From assembly GCA_964187785.1 (NCBI GenBank), contig OZ076409.1, positions 89,158,001 through 89,222,000 of the forward strand: a DNA stretch of 64,000 bases, read 5' to 3'. Positions 9,519-28,217 of the stretch are shown here, one piece after another; the first letter of the stretch is position 1; each line of letters starts with the position of its first letter. The DNA is from Amphiscolops sp. MND2022. Taxonomy: Eukaryota. A program made the position numbers and the translations under genes. Under the pieces are notes generated by a model, which was not told the DNA's origin, did no database searches, and saw only the letters and a list, made by a program, of their open reading frames with translations.

Positions 9519-12500
9519 TTAGTTTTTGGAACCCTTGCCAGCCTTTGCTGCATGTTTCTGACCACTGCCAGAAGCGCCATCATTAGCACAGCGAGCAACA
9601 CTGACCGAAACCCGTCCGAGATTGAGGCCAGAGCTAGGGGAACCACTTGTGCTAGGAGAGCGACTAACAGTGGGGGTAGACATATCCAGAAACAGAGGTA
9701 GCACTTCACTCGGCAACACACACTTCTTGTATGCACCCTCCATTTTCTCTATCAAACCAACTCTCCGCGGTACATTTCCCTTTAAGAAATCCCAAATCAA
9801 AAATTTCCTGTCTTTGATCAGAGCACGCCCTCGTCCCAGCAGGCGAAAGACGCGACAGATAGTTTTTGTGTCCCTATATAAACTGGAGACATTGGACACC
9901 GTGGAATATGATAATTGCAGACTCCGAATTGCAGAATTGTATGAATCCTTATCGGATGCCAAATCAGGTATGGGCAAGTCAAACTTTGTAGGGATGGACA
10001 TCACCGGGGGCAAACACAAACAGGCGAATCTGAATACCTGCAGTAGCGAAGGGCGGCACTGCATTTCATAATGGGACACAAGATACTGTATCCAGCCATC
10101 TCTGGGAATTTTCTCCACCAGACGCAACTTCACGATAAAAGCGCGGTACTCGCTCACACATGTAACTTTGTTACTGGCGGTCAACCAACCTTTAGCGACA
10201 AAATGACTACTCAGGCATTCTATAGCCCCGACGTAATTCTGTTCCGGACCGTCCAACATGACAGCAGGGTCAAATGCGGACAAACCCCGCATGAGATCAG
10301 AAGTAACGATTTCGTGGGTGAGGAGGACAGTGCAAAAGGCCTTGCAAAAAGCAAGAGACTGTTCCACGAACTTGCTAGGCCGTGGGAGCCGACTAGAAGC
10401 CACTAAATCGTGGTAAGTTGGATTCATGGCAAACTCTGCAGGAGTTTTGTATGGCAGATTGGGATCATTTAAATCAACTTTCAAAAAACCATCCCAGTTT
10501 GAGAAGTCTCAGAGGAAACTATCAGGAAACAGATTCTGGAGCTGGCTGTATATAAAGACTGAGTATTGATTATACAGTCTAAATCCATACTCAATGCTCC
10601 CAAGGATGCCCGAAAATGCTGAGTTATCTAAAACAAGAAAAGAACCTAATCAAAACAACGAAAGAACAATAGAACACCAAGTAAAATAGTGAAATGAAGC
10701 GCTTTAGTGAACAGCGACGTCACCCTACTGAATCCAGCACGCGCATATACACTGCAGTACAAACTTAATTTCTTGATTATGCGTCATTGCGCGGAATTTT
10801 CCGACAGTACACACGCTGTCATACGTAATTGAGCAGCTGACCATGCGTCAACATGCGTAAAGTGTCTTGACGCATATGCGTCATCATACTGTCCTGATTG
10901 TTTGACTACGCGTCACTATGCGGAAAGTAACTAAACGCATATACGTCTGTAGCATATCTAACTGCCAGGTTATTCGTCACTATGCGGATATTAGTGAAAT
11001 GAATATACGTCAATATACGGCGTGGAATGATTTGCCAAAAATGAATGGTAAATTCCAAAATTTCCAAGCATCTTAACAAGCTGGGATTGACGATATATAC
11101 ACGTGCAATTTTCAGTTCATGGAGTCTCTAACCTTATGTGTATACGAAGGGCACCGCCAATAATATCAGCGTCATCACGCGGAAAAGAGACAGAGTCTAT
11201 ACTAACAAAGGCGGATCTATAATATCGGATATGCGGTATTGTATGGAGATGGAATCCACAAATATACGTGACTATACGGATTTTAGAATTAACATAGTTT
11301 ATGGCAATACTAACACAAACGCAGTACCAAAGTGTAAAATATACCAAACAAACTTAAAGTTAAGAAGGTAACTACATGATTTTGAGTCCAAAAAGACAAA
11401 AAACGAAACAGTAGGAATCAATGCAACAATGAAAGACAGTTGGCCGATTCAAAAGAAACAGATGGTGAAGTACACTAACAGTGGTCAATGACGCATCCGA
11501 TAATAAACAGGCGAGCAAGGTAGGCGGTATCCAACCGAAAACATTCGTCCAATGTACTGGGCTAAAACATTCAATAAAACATTACAGTTTCGTGATGGGA
11601 TTCAACAAGACATTCGTGAAGAATAATATTGTACCTCTTTCATGTGGAAACGATAGGCAGGGAGGCGGGCAATTTGCGACAGATGTTCCCTGACCCGATC
11701 CCAGTTGCGAGAAAGGCATTCAATTAGCTCTGAGGCCTCTTCCAATGAATATTGCAAGGAGAGGACACACTAAAACCAAAGATAGGATGAACAAAAATAA
11801 CTAGAAACACCACTCACAAACAATAGAATAAAGAATATTAAATAACCTTGTGGAGTAATGGAAGTGACTGCAACCAATTTTTGTCGAGGGCAGTACGAAG
11901 TTTCATCAACAAAAAGTCCACGATAGTACGAAAATCATGTCGCTCGATAATCTTTGCGGTAAGTAAAGCCAGGCATCGTTCAAATTCTTCAGGACCGAAA
12001 TTGTTAACAATGCAAGGACGTTGTCTGCCAGGTAATTCAGAACTCAGACAAGAATTCAATTTCTCACCCATTCCATCAAGGCTAAGACAAGGTGGTGGAG
12101 ATTCGAATAAACTGAGGAAGGAAGCAATCAGTGACAGGACATTACGAGGGATCAATAACCCACGAGGACCAGTGCCAATGCACACTTGATGAACCACGTT
12201 CCCAGACCAAAAGTTGACGAATAAATATGTCTCTGTATCAGTGTAACACAAGGACAAGGAATAACTTCCGCTGGATGACGAATTGGTAACGCAGTAGTGG
12301 ATTAATTCACGGAACATGTGCACTATAATTCCCTGGAAACAACAAGACTCTCAGTATTCTTAGCTAAACTTCAATAGGACAATTAAAAACCGGAATGATG
12401 AAACTACGTGATAATAACAAAAAGATTAGAAAATGATGAAAGAAACTTACAAATAGTCGATGAGGACTCCAATTGAAAGCACCAGCAGATCCACTTCCCC

Positions 12501-13760
12501 CAGCGAACTGAGTAACTTCATCGTAAATGTTTGTTAGGCAAGACAGATGTCCTCCATTCCGTAACCCAATCTCGATGATGCAAATTTGAGAGATCACAGT
12601 TTCAACGGGACTTTTTCCTACCCCAGAGCTTGGGAGTTCATCTTGACCAACAAGCAAACGACATGGGTCAAGTTGCGGGGCAATGGGATAAGTCTCCTTA
12701 GCGAGTTTCTTGGCGTTTGTTAGTGCTTGCCCTTGCAATTCATTCTCGTACTTATCAAACAGCGGCATTCCAGGGGTTTCCATCCGAACCCTGTGCTCTA
12801 TGACTAAGTGTGACTCGGTCCTGTAGTGGGCAAGCAGTTCCAGTATTCCACGACTCATTAAAGATAATTCGAGTTTACAAACCCGACACCACCACTTGTA
12901 TGGGGTTTTCTCTCGGTCTATTGGGCCAGTTGCTGATAGTTTGAGAACGGGATGTTTCCGGAACATACTCCCCTTAAGGGAATACCGTGGGCGTTGACGT
13001 TTGCCCCTTACGGTTGGCCGTTCGTCGGACTCACAGGATAACTGCTGACCAAACGCTTCTGCCCCAACATATTCACTTGTGCCAGACTGGCTCAGATATC
13101 GATGAGACGGCCCAGGGGGGTTGTCTATTACGGACACCGACAATCCCATATCAGCTGCCACGTCAGTCCCTTGTAGGAAAGATGGTGGAATCCTACCCAG
13201 CACACCATTCAAGGCGATAATTTCGTTGCGGGTTATGCTGATACTTGGTGTGATCAGCCCCGTCAAATGCCTATTTGCCTCCGCTTGGGCTTGCTCCTGG
13301 GGAGGCCAATCGCTAGTTTCTCCCTCAGAAGGGACTTGGTGCCAGCCAACTCGTCAGTCTCTGCTGTTTCACTCGCGGGTTGTGGAGATTGAATGAATTG
13401 AGTAAATCGTGGGGAGGAAGTCTGTAATTTGGGTGGAGACAGATTGTCAACATTTACTTCCATTTCGACTCCTGGTGGGCTCTCCACTTGCAAGGTAGTG
13501 ATTCCAGAGAGAAGTGGTGTGACTAATGCCTCAGGGGTGAGAAGACCGCCAGCAGGAAGTGTCTCAGTTGGTGGATTTGTTGCTTCAACAATTTCAAGTG
13601 GGGGATCTACGGTTGAACTCTCGATGGTTATCACGCTGATGTGATCTTGAACGAGTTCTGGTGCAGTTTCAGAAGGATGAACGGGCGGGGCTTCCAAAGG
13701 CACATAAACTCTAGTGGGCGACCGAGCTGGTGACTTCTCCGTTGAGCCGAGTTCAACTGA
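9519..13760 (-). CDS. Antisense spliced gene within the retrotransposon, hAT-transposase-like with BED/TTF-like Zn finger. Exons ~13760-12451, 12332-11847, 11769-11635, 11561-11480, 10627-9519. This copy carries a TGA at 10509-10511 and a frameshift at ~13300.
   Basis: Four GT-AG introns with consistent phases (0,0,0,1) join the ORFs in frame. Motifs: WCRVCKLELSLMSRGILELLAHYRTESH; SYSLSLC...LFVNFW; LSRNWDRV; LSAFDP...LLQVFRFACLCLP. The 5' end is not resolved. Confidence 0.8.
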
Positions 13761-14810
13761 AACAGACGTTTCTATGACTGTTCATTCAGTAAAAGCAAAT
13801 TCAACTTAACGATTTCTGCCCGGCAAAATTTTCAAACCGGACGCGGCTTCGAGAATATTAATTTGGGCGGAAGTTGTCTAAAATGCGACCGGAAGTTACT
13901 TCTTCTGAAAATTCAAATCTGTTTCTACCTTTGAAATTAGGAAACAGTAAAATCGCTAGCCTGGCCAGCTTAGCAACCGAAACACTGAATATAAATCAGA
14001 CAAACAAAACAAACATTAACAAATTAGAATTCGGACTTACCAGGGGAAGTTGAAGTCGGTGATTTGTACCCCCAAGTAGCAGTTTGCCTTCTGGAGATTT
14101 GGTCCTTCCGGGACTTCCGATTTCGCCCTGGCTCCATTGGAAAGGTAAAATATGGTAGAACACACCAAATTCGGAAGAGCAGAAGAGAGATTCTGGATTA
14201 TCCAAGCAGGAAAGTGATGTACTAAGAGATGCGACGACAAGTTGAAGTTAACCAGTAATAGAACTCAAGAATGTAAAGTGCAATGGAGAAAAATGAAAGA
14301 GGAAGACTTACTGAAACTTTCGTACTTTTAACAAATAGAATTGCGAAGCAAGATAAAGGCGTGGCGTATACGATAAAAGGCAAAAGAGCAAATGACTAAT
14401 GTAAATTAACATGGTGAGAACGGACTTTAATGCTGATTGGCTAATTAAATCAATCAATCACTACTGCCAGAGTGATCGGTTGGCGTAATTGACATGTGAA
14501 AGAGTCATAAACATTCACAAAAAGAAGTATGCGCATATGGTGGAGATGTTCAAGTTGATTGTACTAATATCATACGTCAATATGCGGATTCGTCATGAAC
14601 GAATATACGGTATTATACGGTGAAGATAGAATTGGATATGCGGCATCATGCGGGGAGAAAACAACAGCATATACTGCAATACGCGGAACTGAAGAGAACC
14701 GAATATGCGGTATCCTACTGATATAATAATCACGTATAAGCGTCAGCATGCGGCGTGGAATGCAATTTGTGACGATACAGTATGACAACAATCTAAGCAA
14801 ATGCACCACG

Positions 14811-17800
14811 TAAGGACCAATTGGAAGTGAATATAAAAGAGTGTAAGACAACACACACGAGTACTACGATGACCAAGATGCTAACTACTACATATACCAA
14901 TACCTTCATACATGCAGTCCTGAGTATCATTCCGATAAAATAAAAGGCTGGTGGGTCAATTTCAACAATACATATGGATTTGATGAATAAGAGGCATAGC
15001 ACTTTTCAAGTGCTGGACCTTATGACGAAAGGCCGGGCAATGAAAGATAATCTAATGGTATATATCACGCAGATCCTTAGTTGGCGAAAACTTATTTTTG
15101 TAAAACTATGAAACTCTTAATGGAAGTTTGTATCTGGATAGGTTTTATACATGAAAGATGCCTTTTCATTCATACGTAGTGAACACTTTAGTCATCATTT
15201 TGTTTACATCATATCTAAATGCTGTTGAAGATATGGTAGTAGAGGTCAAAGGAATAGCCACTCAAGGTGAGGAAACCCTCACAACCAACCCTAAATTGTT
15301 TACAAGTAATTGATGAGAGCCTTAGTGGAGCTTACCTTAAAAGGGCTATCTACGGCTTTTATGGACTCCTTATATGGATTCTACGAAACTGATAACCATG
15401 ACAAGCAACTTTTTGGAGGGAAAACTTATTCTTGAAAGGAACTAGAAGAAATTTCACCATATGGTCTTAGTGAATCTAGAACTCAGTCATCTCACCAGAG
15501 TTTTATTCAGTGTCACAAATTCTCCCAAACAAGTGAATTTATATCGGATAATAATGAATAATCTTCAATTCAATATCGATGAAGACCCACTCTACTCTCC
15601 AATTTCACCTGAGGTGGTAGATATCTCTAGCGGATCTGAAGACGGTTTCCTAGTGGAACCTGGCAATACGTTTAAATTAGACGAGAAGTTTAGGATAAAC
15701 CCTACGGGAACAAACTTGATGTCAGCATTTATGGGTACTACATCAGCATCCCTGTTCCCTGAAACTAGTGACACCGCAACAATAGTAGAGGAAATGGACA
15801 CTGCAGGGACTCGTTTGGAAAAGGAACTGATGGAACTGGTGGGGGATACCCAAGGAACTCAGCTGTTCTCCCCTAGTTCATTCATGGACAGTGAATTTGA
15901 GGAAACTGGTTCATCTCCTCCTGATCTACTGGAAGGAACTACGGTAAGCACAAACAGTTAAGGGCGGCCTATAGCTGGTATACTGCCGACACCTAGGGCC
16001 CCACAAATACATGCAAGGGAAATCTCTCAGCCAATTCCGATATACCCACCCAATTTTCGTCCAGAAAATACGGATTTCCAAATCGTCCAAAACAAGGAAA
16101 TGGTGTTTGGTAACACGATGGACGAGCCTATGCCCTCACTCAATACAATCCATACTGTAATGCCTTTGAACAACATGACCCCTGTGATCATCCAGCTTCC
16201 AATGAGGGGTGCGCCAGACAGACATCCCCAGATGGTCACCTCATCACAACCGTTAGCTCAGATTGGGTTCCCTTTTAACGTAGCCCACAGTACAAACCAT
16301 CTGCTTCTCCCAACAGAAGAGAGACAAAGACACAGGTTAATCCCCACAGTTATGCCTAATGTTGCGGGCTATTGTGATTGGTGCGGAAAAAGCTTCGACC
16401 AAGTGGCATTGGAGACCTTAGGAGAATATCTCGCAGCAACAGCTTACGAGGGGGAGACTGTGAGAGACAGAGGCGTGCGTTCCCGAGCATTTATTGACGG
16501 TTTCGAGGCCGCACTGTTCTGTTTCAAAAGTGCTGGACTGTCGCAACCCTACTATTGCGCTGGACCCGTGGTGCAACAATAAAAAAACAGAACAGTACGA
16601 GGAAAGGGTATGATCACAGATTTCAAACTTCCTAAACTATATGAATAAACAATTTGATGTCATGTATTTTGTATAAATTATTTGAATATTTGTAAAGGCA
16701 ATTAGCCGATTGGATGATGTCTTACCCCATTCATAATTTACATGAAACCATGGAAGCTACTATTTGCAGTAGTTGTAAGATGCTAATTTGTGTTATGCGT
16801 CACACCTCGTGTAGTATTACAATGAGACTACGTGCATGTGCATTTATCAATGTAAACATTATGCTATATTGTACGTTTATGAATACTATGAGTATGCGTC
16901 AAAATACGCTTTCACGGCCACCAACCATACGTGATCATACGCATTTGTGTTTTCAGTATATGCGTCATCATGCGTGATGGAATGATTTATTTAGAATGTG
17001 CTGTGTGTTCTCCAATTACGCAATAACATGCGGTAGTGAAGCAATGTACATACGTTAACATACGTTTTTGATTATACGTCATTATACGTACTTCTGACAA
17101 CCGTATGTGCGTTAGGATACACTTTTGCTTTCAAATACGCGTATGCTACAATGTACATGATTTAGCGTTTTCCTTAACACCAATTGTGCGTCAATATGCG
17201 TATAAGAGTATGATGCTTATGCGTAAAGGTGCGGTTTCATTGGAAACCCTAGATTTAGCTTTTTGGACGTCATGTAACTTCGAATTTGTACTTTATAAAT
17301 AGTCTTTACGTCATCTGACGCAATTCTATTTATATTTTGAATAGCGATGATGTGCTAGAAAAAGAGTGTCATGTAAAATATTTTTCTTGGATTGATAAGG
17401 AGTGAAAAAGAAACAACACAAAAAAAGTACCTCTCTACGAATGCAGTTGCTTATTGCTTTTCCTAACTTCGTGACAGCTTCTTTGATCTATTTCTTGTTT
17501 GTCTCTTTGATTTGATTTAAAGTAAAGACTTTGAATAAATTCAAATTCTTCCCCAACAACCAAATAACCATTTTTCACTTGAGCAGAATGGGAAACAAAA
17601 GAAACAGGAAGTCTAGAAGATTGAGAACTCTATCTCCTGATGGAAACTTGAGTGAAACACAACTAGAAACTTCTACCCAGGGTAATGATACATTAACCAA
17701 TATTGGGTCCAACACACAAGGAATATCAAACGGCGATGAAATTAGGACTCAACTGATAGAACCTAGTCAGATAAGTAATGAGATCCAAGCATGGACGAAT

Positions 17801-18161
17801 AACTTTGAACAAAAGAATAATGATAGAATTATGAAAATGAGAGAAGAAATGGAGAACAAACTAGATGCTATCTTAAAAGAAATAAAGTCTAATAAAAGTG
17901 CATCTCTGGCGACAAACTCAAGATCTGAAACGAATGATGTTCCAAACATGCAACCATCAGGGTCCAGGTTAGGTCAGTCTAATGGAGTACACGCATCTTT
18001 TGATGAAAATTTAGAACTAGATGATGAAGGTTATCCTCCCCAAACTTCCAAAATGAGAGACCTCAGGCATCCAGCTAAACCACCAATGTTTCGAAGCGAA
18101 TCTGATGTAGACATAACTATACACTCAGACGAAGAGTCAGACCTGGAGGAGGATTATCACA
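14811..18161 (+). repeat. 3' LTR (minimum extent; true 5' boundary lies upstream, one candidate TGTGACGAT at 14768)
   Basis: Direct repeat of 1-3353; ends TCACA, followed by unrelated sequence. Confidence 0.93.
15461..16582 (+). pseudogene. 3' LTR copy of the LTR ORF, interrupted by a TAT>TAA nonsense change at 15959-15961
   Basis: Same sequence as 652-1773, split into 166 aa and 160 aa ORFs. Confidence 0.75.
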
Positions 18162-19790
18162 AATGGCAAAGACTTTCTGAAGTCGTTACGAAATTAGACG
18201 CCCATTATTGTCTCTACCTGTTGAAGAACTGCTTCAGTCTACCATAAACCAGCTGCTTTCAAACTTCTACACTTTCTTCGTACCAGCCCTTGCTTTGAAG
18301 AGTTGGACCTCCTACAGCAGTGTGTTTTCCTTTGTTCCTTTGTTCGCAAATCATTCCTCAAAATCTGAAATGTGACTTTTAATGAAAGCAGCTATACTCA
18401 GGTAATTTTCCCTGTCTTCGAAGGGGCACAGGCATGGCATTGGATTCGAAGATTGCTCTTCCTGTTTTTTTTAGCTATTATAGCTTCAGCAACGGGCTCC
18501 AACGTGTATCCTCCCGGCAAATTATGTTAATATATCGTTTGAAAAGGCTTTGAATTTGTGGTTGACGAGGGCGAACCTATTAGAAGCACCCTCGGACTTC
18601 ATCCAAAAACACTTGACGTCACCTTTGAGCGATGCTACTTTTGATCAACTTTTAGCAGACCTTGTTGCGGAAAATGTCAAAAGTCTGAATGGTCCTTACC
18701 AAGACCCCTTTGGTTCAGCTTGGCTGAATGTTGTACCAAGAAAAAATCTCGGGCTGAAGTCAACAGATCAGCAACTCCGCGTCTCGTTAACCCTCCGCCT
18801 GGGTGCCAAAATGTGCGAGAAACACGCGCACCGTTGTGGTAAACATGTCGAGGAGAACGGACATCGTGGTCTTTCTTGTGCCGGAAACGCGGGACGCTTC
18901 TCAAGGCACCACAACTTCAATACTTTCGTGAAACAGGCGTTAGTTCCATCAAAGTTTCCTCGGTTTTAGAACATATAGTCTGACCCGAACAGACGCAGAG
19001 CGGGACCAGGACGTTTAGCCAAAGACGTTTCGGCAGAAAAAACTTCGAGACGTTTCGGCAAATTATTCATGCCGAAACGTACCGTAATATCTTGGTTTTG
19101 TTTTTGGTTTTCTACAAACTGGACCTAACCAGTTTGTAGAATTCTGCAATTGAAGAAAAAACGATGAGACCATTAATGTTGGAATGATGCAAAGCATAAA
19201 ACGTGCCTCGGATATGTCCCCATTCCTCTAGTGCCCCGCGGCCCCTTGGGGCCGCTTATATTCCCATCTTGCTAAGCGAGGTCGAACAGGAGCAAAGACC
19301 TAGCGGGAACGGAGATCGCGTAGCGATCGTAGTGAGAGCTGGTCTTTGCGACGGTGAGGGCGGGCGTGCATACACCCGATATGCCCCACATATCAAACGA
19401 AAAATTTCGGCAAATGTTTTTAGCCTGAGACGTTTCGGCATATTTTTTTTTGCCGAAACGTCTGCCGCCATGTTTTTGCCGAAGCGTCTTTTGCTGAAAC
19501 ATCCGGAATCCCGCAGAGCGCACAGATGGAATTACCCTAGCGCCCTGGGAGGAAGACAAGCAATTAATTTGGGATGTTACTTGTGTCGATCTTCTTGCCC
19601 CCATCAGAATAGAAAACGGGTCTTTTGCCAACCCAGGCACAGCAGCGGAGGATGCGGAGGAAATGAAAACGGCTAAGTACGGTCGTTTGACTTACAAAGG
19701 ATGCATCTTCCAAACCTCTGATTTTGAAATTCAGGGTGGAGTCTGACCTTCCACGTCTACTTTCTCGGAAATCCTGTGTAAAAAATTAGG
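18162..19790 (+). pseudogene. Decayed RLE-type (CRE-like) non-LTR retrotransposon, 3' part
   Basis: Translated fragments DAHYCLYLLKNCFSLP; GSAWLNVVP..NLGL..DQQLRVSL.LRLG..C....RCG...H.GLSC...GRF.RH..N; and, after removing the MITE, RTDAERTDGITLAPWEEDKQLIWDVTCVD (RPDG...WD endonuclease motif). Many stops and frameshifts. Confidence 0.8.
19003..19511. mobile_element. MITE with GGA-starting TIRs and a 9-bp TSD (Mutator-like)
   Basis: TSD CGCAGAGCG at 18994-19002 and 19512-19520; subterminal CGTTTCGGC repeats; excision restores the LINE endonuclease frame. Confidence 0.85.
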
Positions 19791-20137
19791 ATGCCGAAAT
19801 ACTGTCTAATTCCTGTCGTCGAATTTGAAGCTTCGTCCTAGCGTCGAAGTCCCATTGTCGAAAAAGTTAAGTCGAAGTAATTGCGTCGATGAAAGTGGTA
19901 AATTACCAAAAATACATTTGCGTCTCAAATAATGTTTTTGGCACTCTGGTATGCCCCCATTTCCTCTAGTGCTCCGCGGCCCCTTGGGCTGCTTATGTTC
20001 CCATCTTGCTAAGCGAGGTCGAACAGGAGCAAAGACCTAGCGGACGGAGATCGCGAAGCGATCGTAGTGGGAGCTTGTCTTTGCGACGGTGACGGCGAGC
20101 GTGCATACACCGTATATGACCCCATATTAGGTGAGTA

Positions 20138-20495
20138 GGGTGGCTGTAAATAGGTCGAATTTTTCTGGTCGAAAGGACAGAGGTCGAACCTTTTGATCGA
20201 ATTGCAGGGATCGAATGGAATGCGGTCGAATTTTATCGTATTTGTTGTATGGCTCGGTCGCTTCGCTCCCTTCTCTCCCTTCGCCAAGTAGCAACATTGA
20301 GGCATGGCCATATGGCACGTTGCTCCGCTTCGCTTCGCTCCTGCATTCAGGGCACCAGGGGTATGTGAACATATCTGACTACGTTATAAAAATTTCGATC
20401 CGAGTTGTTTCGATCCCATTCAAAAATTTGGTATGTCGACCTGAGGACTAACTCTGATTTTCGATCCCGTTCCTTCGACCTATTTCCGCCCACCC
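20138..20495. mobile_element. MITE with GGGTGG...CCACCC TIRs and an 8-bp TSD (1 mismatch)
   Basis: Ends gggtggctgtaaataggtcgaa / ttcgacctatttccgcccaccc; flanks ggtgagta / ggtgagga; internal GTCGAA repeats. Confidence 0.7.
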
Positions 20496-20545
20496 GGTGA
20501 GGAGAAGTACCTAATCTATTTTAAACTCTTCACAGGAGCAAAAAC

Positions 20546-20673
20546 CGGATACGGGACAGTTTGCCGAAAGACAATTTGCCCAAACCCAATTTGCCGAACG
20601 TGAAGGACAATTTGCCGAAAATTATTCGGCAAATTGTCCCTGAGTCAATTTTCGGCAAATTGTCCCGTATCCG
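20546..20673. mobile_element. Small palindromic MITE-like element
   Basis: cggatacgggacag/aatttgccgaa ... ttcggcaaattgtcccgtatccg, with repeated ACAATTTGCCGAA. Confidence 0.65.
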
Positions 20674-21038
20674 TTTTTGTCTGTCGCCCAAGCTGGGGGC
20701 ACATAATGAATAAAGAAGTATTTCCCTTTAAAATTGATGACGACGATCCAATTCTGATGAAATTCATTTGTATATCATTGCAGCTTTTTTAAAAATAGGT
20801 TTCCACCGGTCGACTGGGATAGTGGCTGGTATGAGTAGTTTGTTGATTGTTTTGTGTTGTTACTGGGATAATGGATGGTATGAGGTTACCTCATTTCGTT
20901 GCAGACCACGGGTGTTCGTCTTTCCCCAACATGATGATACACATGGCACTTGATTGATGACGAAGATCTATGATTTCCGATAGTTGAGATGATAATGATT
21001 GGATTCCGACTCAAAATTCGTGTACCGATAGAAATTGA

Positions 21039-26921
<5,883 letters not shown>

Positions 26922-28217
26922 GGAGGCGGCAATAAATTAGAATACTTCTATTGGAATTAGTTGCTCATGTGCAAATAGTGTAAATTGTACAAAGTGTGGT
27001 AAATATTGTATTCATCCCTTTCAAGAAAAATCGTGTTCATAAAATCATTGAATTCATCCTGGATTGCCAGCAGTGTTTTCATTTCATATTTATATCCCCT
27101 GAAATGACAGTATTGGAGGTATTGTTTCATCAAATTGAAGCACCGAAGTGATGTATGCCAGCCACAAACATGTATAACCAGGTTTTGCGGTGTCTCTCCG
27201 TCAAAACGGTGTCATTAGCCTTAGTCATTTCATATGCAATTTCTGGCAACTCTACTGAGCGCCAAATAATTCCGCCGTTCTTTTAATTAACGCACAATTC
27301 ACATTCATTGTGTTGCTTATGCATATGCTTAACGCATATGACCTAAATAATAAGCCACTGTGGATAATTCAAACGATTATATGAATTGTTCAGAATGAAA
27401 TTCGGTTGCTGAAGCTATAGAACATACCATGTGGGTATGGTATGTGACATGGCCTTTGGGTCGTTTGGAAATTTATGGAGTCGACTCAATTGACTGCTAG
27501 GACAGGATTGAGTCCCGCTGAATTAGCTTTTAGTTTGCTCTGTGGGGCGCCCTTCTCTCTCCACAGAGCAAGACAAACAAGAAGCTTTTGCTCGTTACAT
27601 CTCTGCAGCATCCTTCCACGAACAGCCAATCCCTTATAATATCCAGAACTTGCAATCTCTTCATCGCAATGACTTGAAATTAATGCACTTCCGTTTCTTA
27701 GGCATCCATACTGGAATATGTAGGTTATTTTAGATTCCTCCATTTCGAGTAAAAAACTGACTGCTTAAAAAAATTGGTTCAACTTGAGTTGTCGTTTTCT
27801 AGAAAGTATGATTTTCCTGAATATCAATGGCAAGTGGTTATAGCAACTACAAGGCGCAGATGGAAACTGAAGCATCATTCGAGAGGAATGCGAAGAAGGA
27901 CAGCTCTGCAAGTTTGCTTCCATTAATCAAATTGCCCAATTACAGTTATCTCAAATGAACCCTTTTGCCAATTTCATGCCTTGTCTTCTTTGTTGAAGCA
28001 ACCATTGTGCCTGATTACCAATTGCTTTCTTTTTAATTGCCAGGCACGCATATCATCCTTAATCATCACTATTCACGTAGCATTTATTCGTTTGCAGGGA
28101 CTTTTTGTTTCCTCAATTTACCCAAGCTTGTCATTTACCAACATTCGTTCAAAACGTGCTTTCGTCTCTTGCTATTTTCGAATGTGATCGTGCTTTCCTT
28201 CTTTTATCACCCATCTA

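Larger units (their letters stand above)
1..18161 (+). mobile_element. Giant Ty3/Gypsy-type LTR retrotransposon (5' end lies before the window)
   Basis: Near-identical direct repeats 1-3353 and 14811-18161, both ending ...GATTATCACA. The first is followed by TGG (PBS), then gag and pol in PR-RT-RH-IN order. Confidence 0.95.

Noticed and set aside
9519..13760. env gene
   Set aside because: Antisense and spliced, with no signal peptide, furin site plus TM anchor arrangement; has a Zn finger instead.
11655..14780. Definite PPT / 3' LTR start
   Set aside because: The purine tract at ~11655 lies in an exon of the antisense gene, and TGTGACGAT at 14768 lacks a clear PPT; it cannot be resolved without upstream sequence.
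1..18161. DIRS/tyrosine-recombinase element or plain segmental duplication
   Set aside because: A DDE integrase and protease are present, and the repeat ends precisely at CA followed by a PBS.
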